From: Chrysomallon squamiferum
Taxonomy: Eukaryota; Animalia; Mollusca
Direction of reading: 5' to 3'
Length of the DNA: 64,000 nt
Assembly: GCA_012295275.1 (NCBI GenBank)
Contig: CM022666.1
Location: 5,518,001 to 5,582,000, forward strand
Made by a program: the position numbers and the translations under genes. Of the stretch, positions 61,893 through 64,000 are shown one piece after another. The notes beneath the pieces were generated by a model. The model did no database searches. It had not been told where the DNA came from and saw only the letters and a list, made by a program, of their open reading frames with translations. The first letter of the stretch is position 1. Each line of letters begins with the position of its first letter.

Positions 61893-62665
61893 ATGGTACC
61901 AGTTCGTCCAGTCCTTGCCATTTCTCTTATGGTACTAAACTTCATACTCATCAGTTTCATTGCATCTGGAACATTAAACGAATTTCTGAACAGTGAAACC
62001 AGCTTGTTGTTTGACAAGGAACTGTGTGTGAAAATCTCGTGCAAACCAGGAGAAAACTGTTGTGATGACAAATCTACGACCAGAACCAGGAACAATATCA
62101 CGTATTGCTGTTACAGAGATGGAGAAAAAGTGATAAGTGAAATTATGAAAAAGGTAAATTCTGTATTTAGTTCTAAAAACTTATATTCCATAAATACATT
62201 AAATGGAAAAAAATATTGTTTTCTGTAGATATGAAATTAAGAAACAAGGTAATTCTCTATAAAAATAATAAAAAGTTAAATTCTTTAGAAATGAAATAAT
62301 ATTTGAATTATGAAAAGGAGAAATTAATAGTGCTGAAAAATATTTATTTAGTTTCAAGTTGGTTATTCTTTGTAGAAACTGAGCGAAAGTCACACAAAAG
62401 CTGAGAAAAGTGGTAAGTTAACAGAGACACATACACTCTCAGACATACATAAAAACACAAAGTCGCAGAAACACAGATACACACAAGAAAAGCCATAAAC
62501 ACATACATACACAAACACAGACAGATACACAGAAAAGGATCTACACACAAACAGAAACATTCAGGCACTCATATTTAATTATCCACAAAAGTTTATATAA
62601 TTATGTATTTGTATGTACGTGCATATTTGTGTATAGTCTAAGTATGTAAACATGTACAAATGTAT

Positions 62666-62717
<52 letters not shown>

Positions 62718-63739
62718 AGAACCAAAACTTAAGCACATCAGAGATGTCGCTGATCTTTTGAATTCAGATAATAAAAACATTGTGTACGAATCTATGTATG
62801 TATGAATCTATATATTTATACATGTATCAGTAGTCTACATGTGTCTGTATATATATATATATATATATATTTCAGAACAAAAACTTAAACAGATCAGAGA
62901 GGTCGCTAATCGTCTGAATAATGAAAACAATGTGAAGACATCAGCTCATCTACAAATGGATGTGAATGCAACATATGACGAAAGTAAGAAAACAAATAGT
63001 AGTAGCAGTAGTAGTAATAGTAGTAGCAGTAGTAGTAGTAGTAGTAGTAGTAGAGTAGTAGTAGTAGTAGTGGTAGTAGTAGTAGTAGTAAAGTAGTAGT
63101 ATTAGTAGCACTGGTAAAAGTAGTTGTAGTACTAACCACATAGTTATTAGTAGTGGTTAGGAAATAATAGAAGAAATTGTGATAACAATAGTATTAGCAC
63201 GTTAGTAGTAAAAATATCAATGATGGTACTAAAGTAGTTAATAGCAGGAGTTTGTAGTAGTTATACAAATATATTAGTAATTTTAACTACAACTGTTGAC
63301 GATTTAAAATAGAAATAATATTTAAAAATAATTTCTTCTTACAAACTTTTCAGACACACCGAAGCCTCTCATCAAATGGACGTCGTCTGGTAAAAGATCG
63401 TTTGTGAAAGGAGGTGTGGCTGTTCTCGCTGACGGGATTCAAGTCAAAGAAGCTGCTTACTACTTCATATACAGCAACGTTGTATTCCATGCCAACCAAG
63501 TCAGAGAACTGGAATTCTATAAGCTGTGTCACTCAATTGAAAAATATCCAAATTATGAAGTCCTCTACGAAAATCGTCAGTCAGTATGTAAAATACAAAG
63601 CAATGCAGGTTTTGTTCCTTCCTACATTGGAGCTGTTTACTACCTGAAAGCCAATGACACTGTAGTGGTGAGAACATCAGTTGTGAACAGAATTTTGAGA
63701 TATCCTGAGACAACCTACTTTGGCCTGTATATGCTTTGA
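61893..63739 (+). CDS. TNF-superfamily ligand, copy C, intact, 263 aa
   Basis: Exons 61893-62153, 62376-62412, 62876-62983 and 63354-63739 sum to 792 nt, open, GT-AG, with the same phases and THD motifs as copy B. Confidence 0.93.
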
Positions 63740-63911
63740 AATTGTAACGAGAGGCCTGAATTATAACTGTTCATATACAATTTGTGTACGCCCACTGTAT
63801 CTATGGACTTGTATATATAAAACGAACCTTTTACTTTAACATTATCGTGAAACATTTATATTAGACATACTTGAATCTTTCTTTAAAGTCTTCAGTGGGG
63901 TATAATAATGA

Positions 63912-63943
<32 letters not shown>

Positions 63944-64000
63944 ATAATAATAATAATAATAATTTCTTGTTGTTTGTGATTTGTGATGTTGGTATATCTA

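Overview
This is AT-rich, microsatellite-dense, intron-containing animal genomic DNA. It is probably molluscan, which is an inference from the TNF stalk type and a SINE-like repeat. There is a 200-N scaffold gap at 26234-26433. The window is a tandem array of TNF-superfamily ligand genes on the + strand, each with four coding exons: TM anchor plus Cys-rich stalk, two short stalk exons, and a TNF homology domain exon. Two copies are intact (ATG 37171, 264 aa; ATG 61893, 263 aa) and one has two frameshifts (ATG 4869). There are also about 14 truncated or inverted TNF fragments. Between the TNF genes lies a patchwork of repeatedly duplicated modules, often joined at short microhomologies. These include scattered copies of four phase-compatible exons that assemble into the ~206-aa C-terminus of a second gene I cannot identify ('gene X'), FLYWCH-like transposase scraps, and several minisatellites. 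The most striking pattern is that TNF paralog differences cluster in predicted loop regions, and six inverted ~55-75-bp fragments plus one 200-bp fragment all cover the variable E-F loop with different sequences. No prokaryotic features, rRNA, tRNA or CRISPR were seen. All alignments were made by eye, so module boundaries are approximate.
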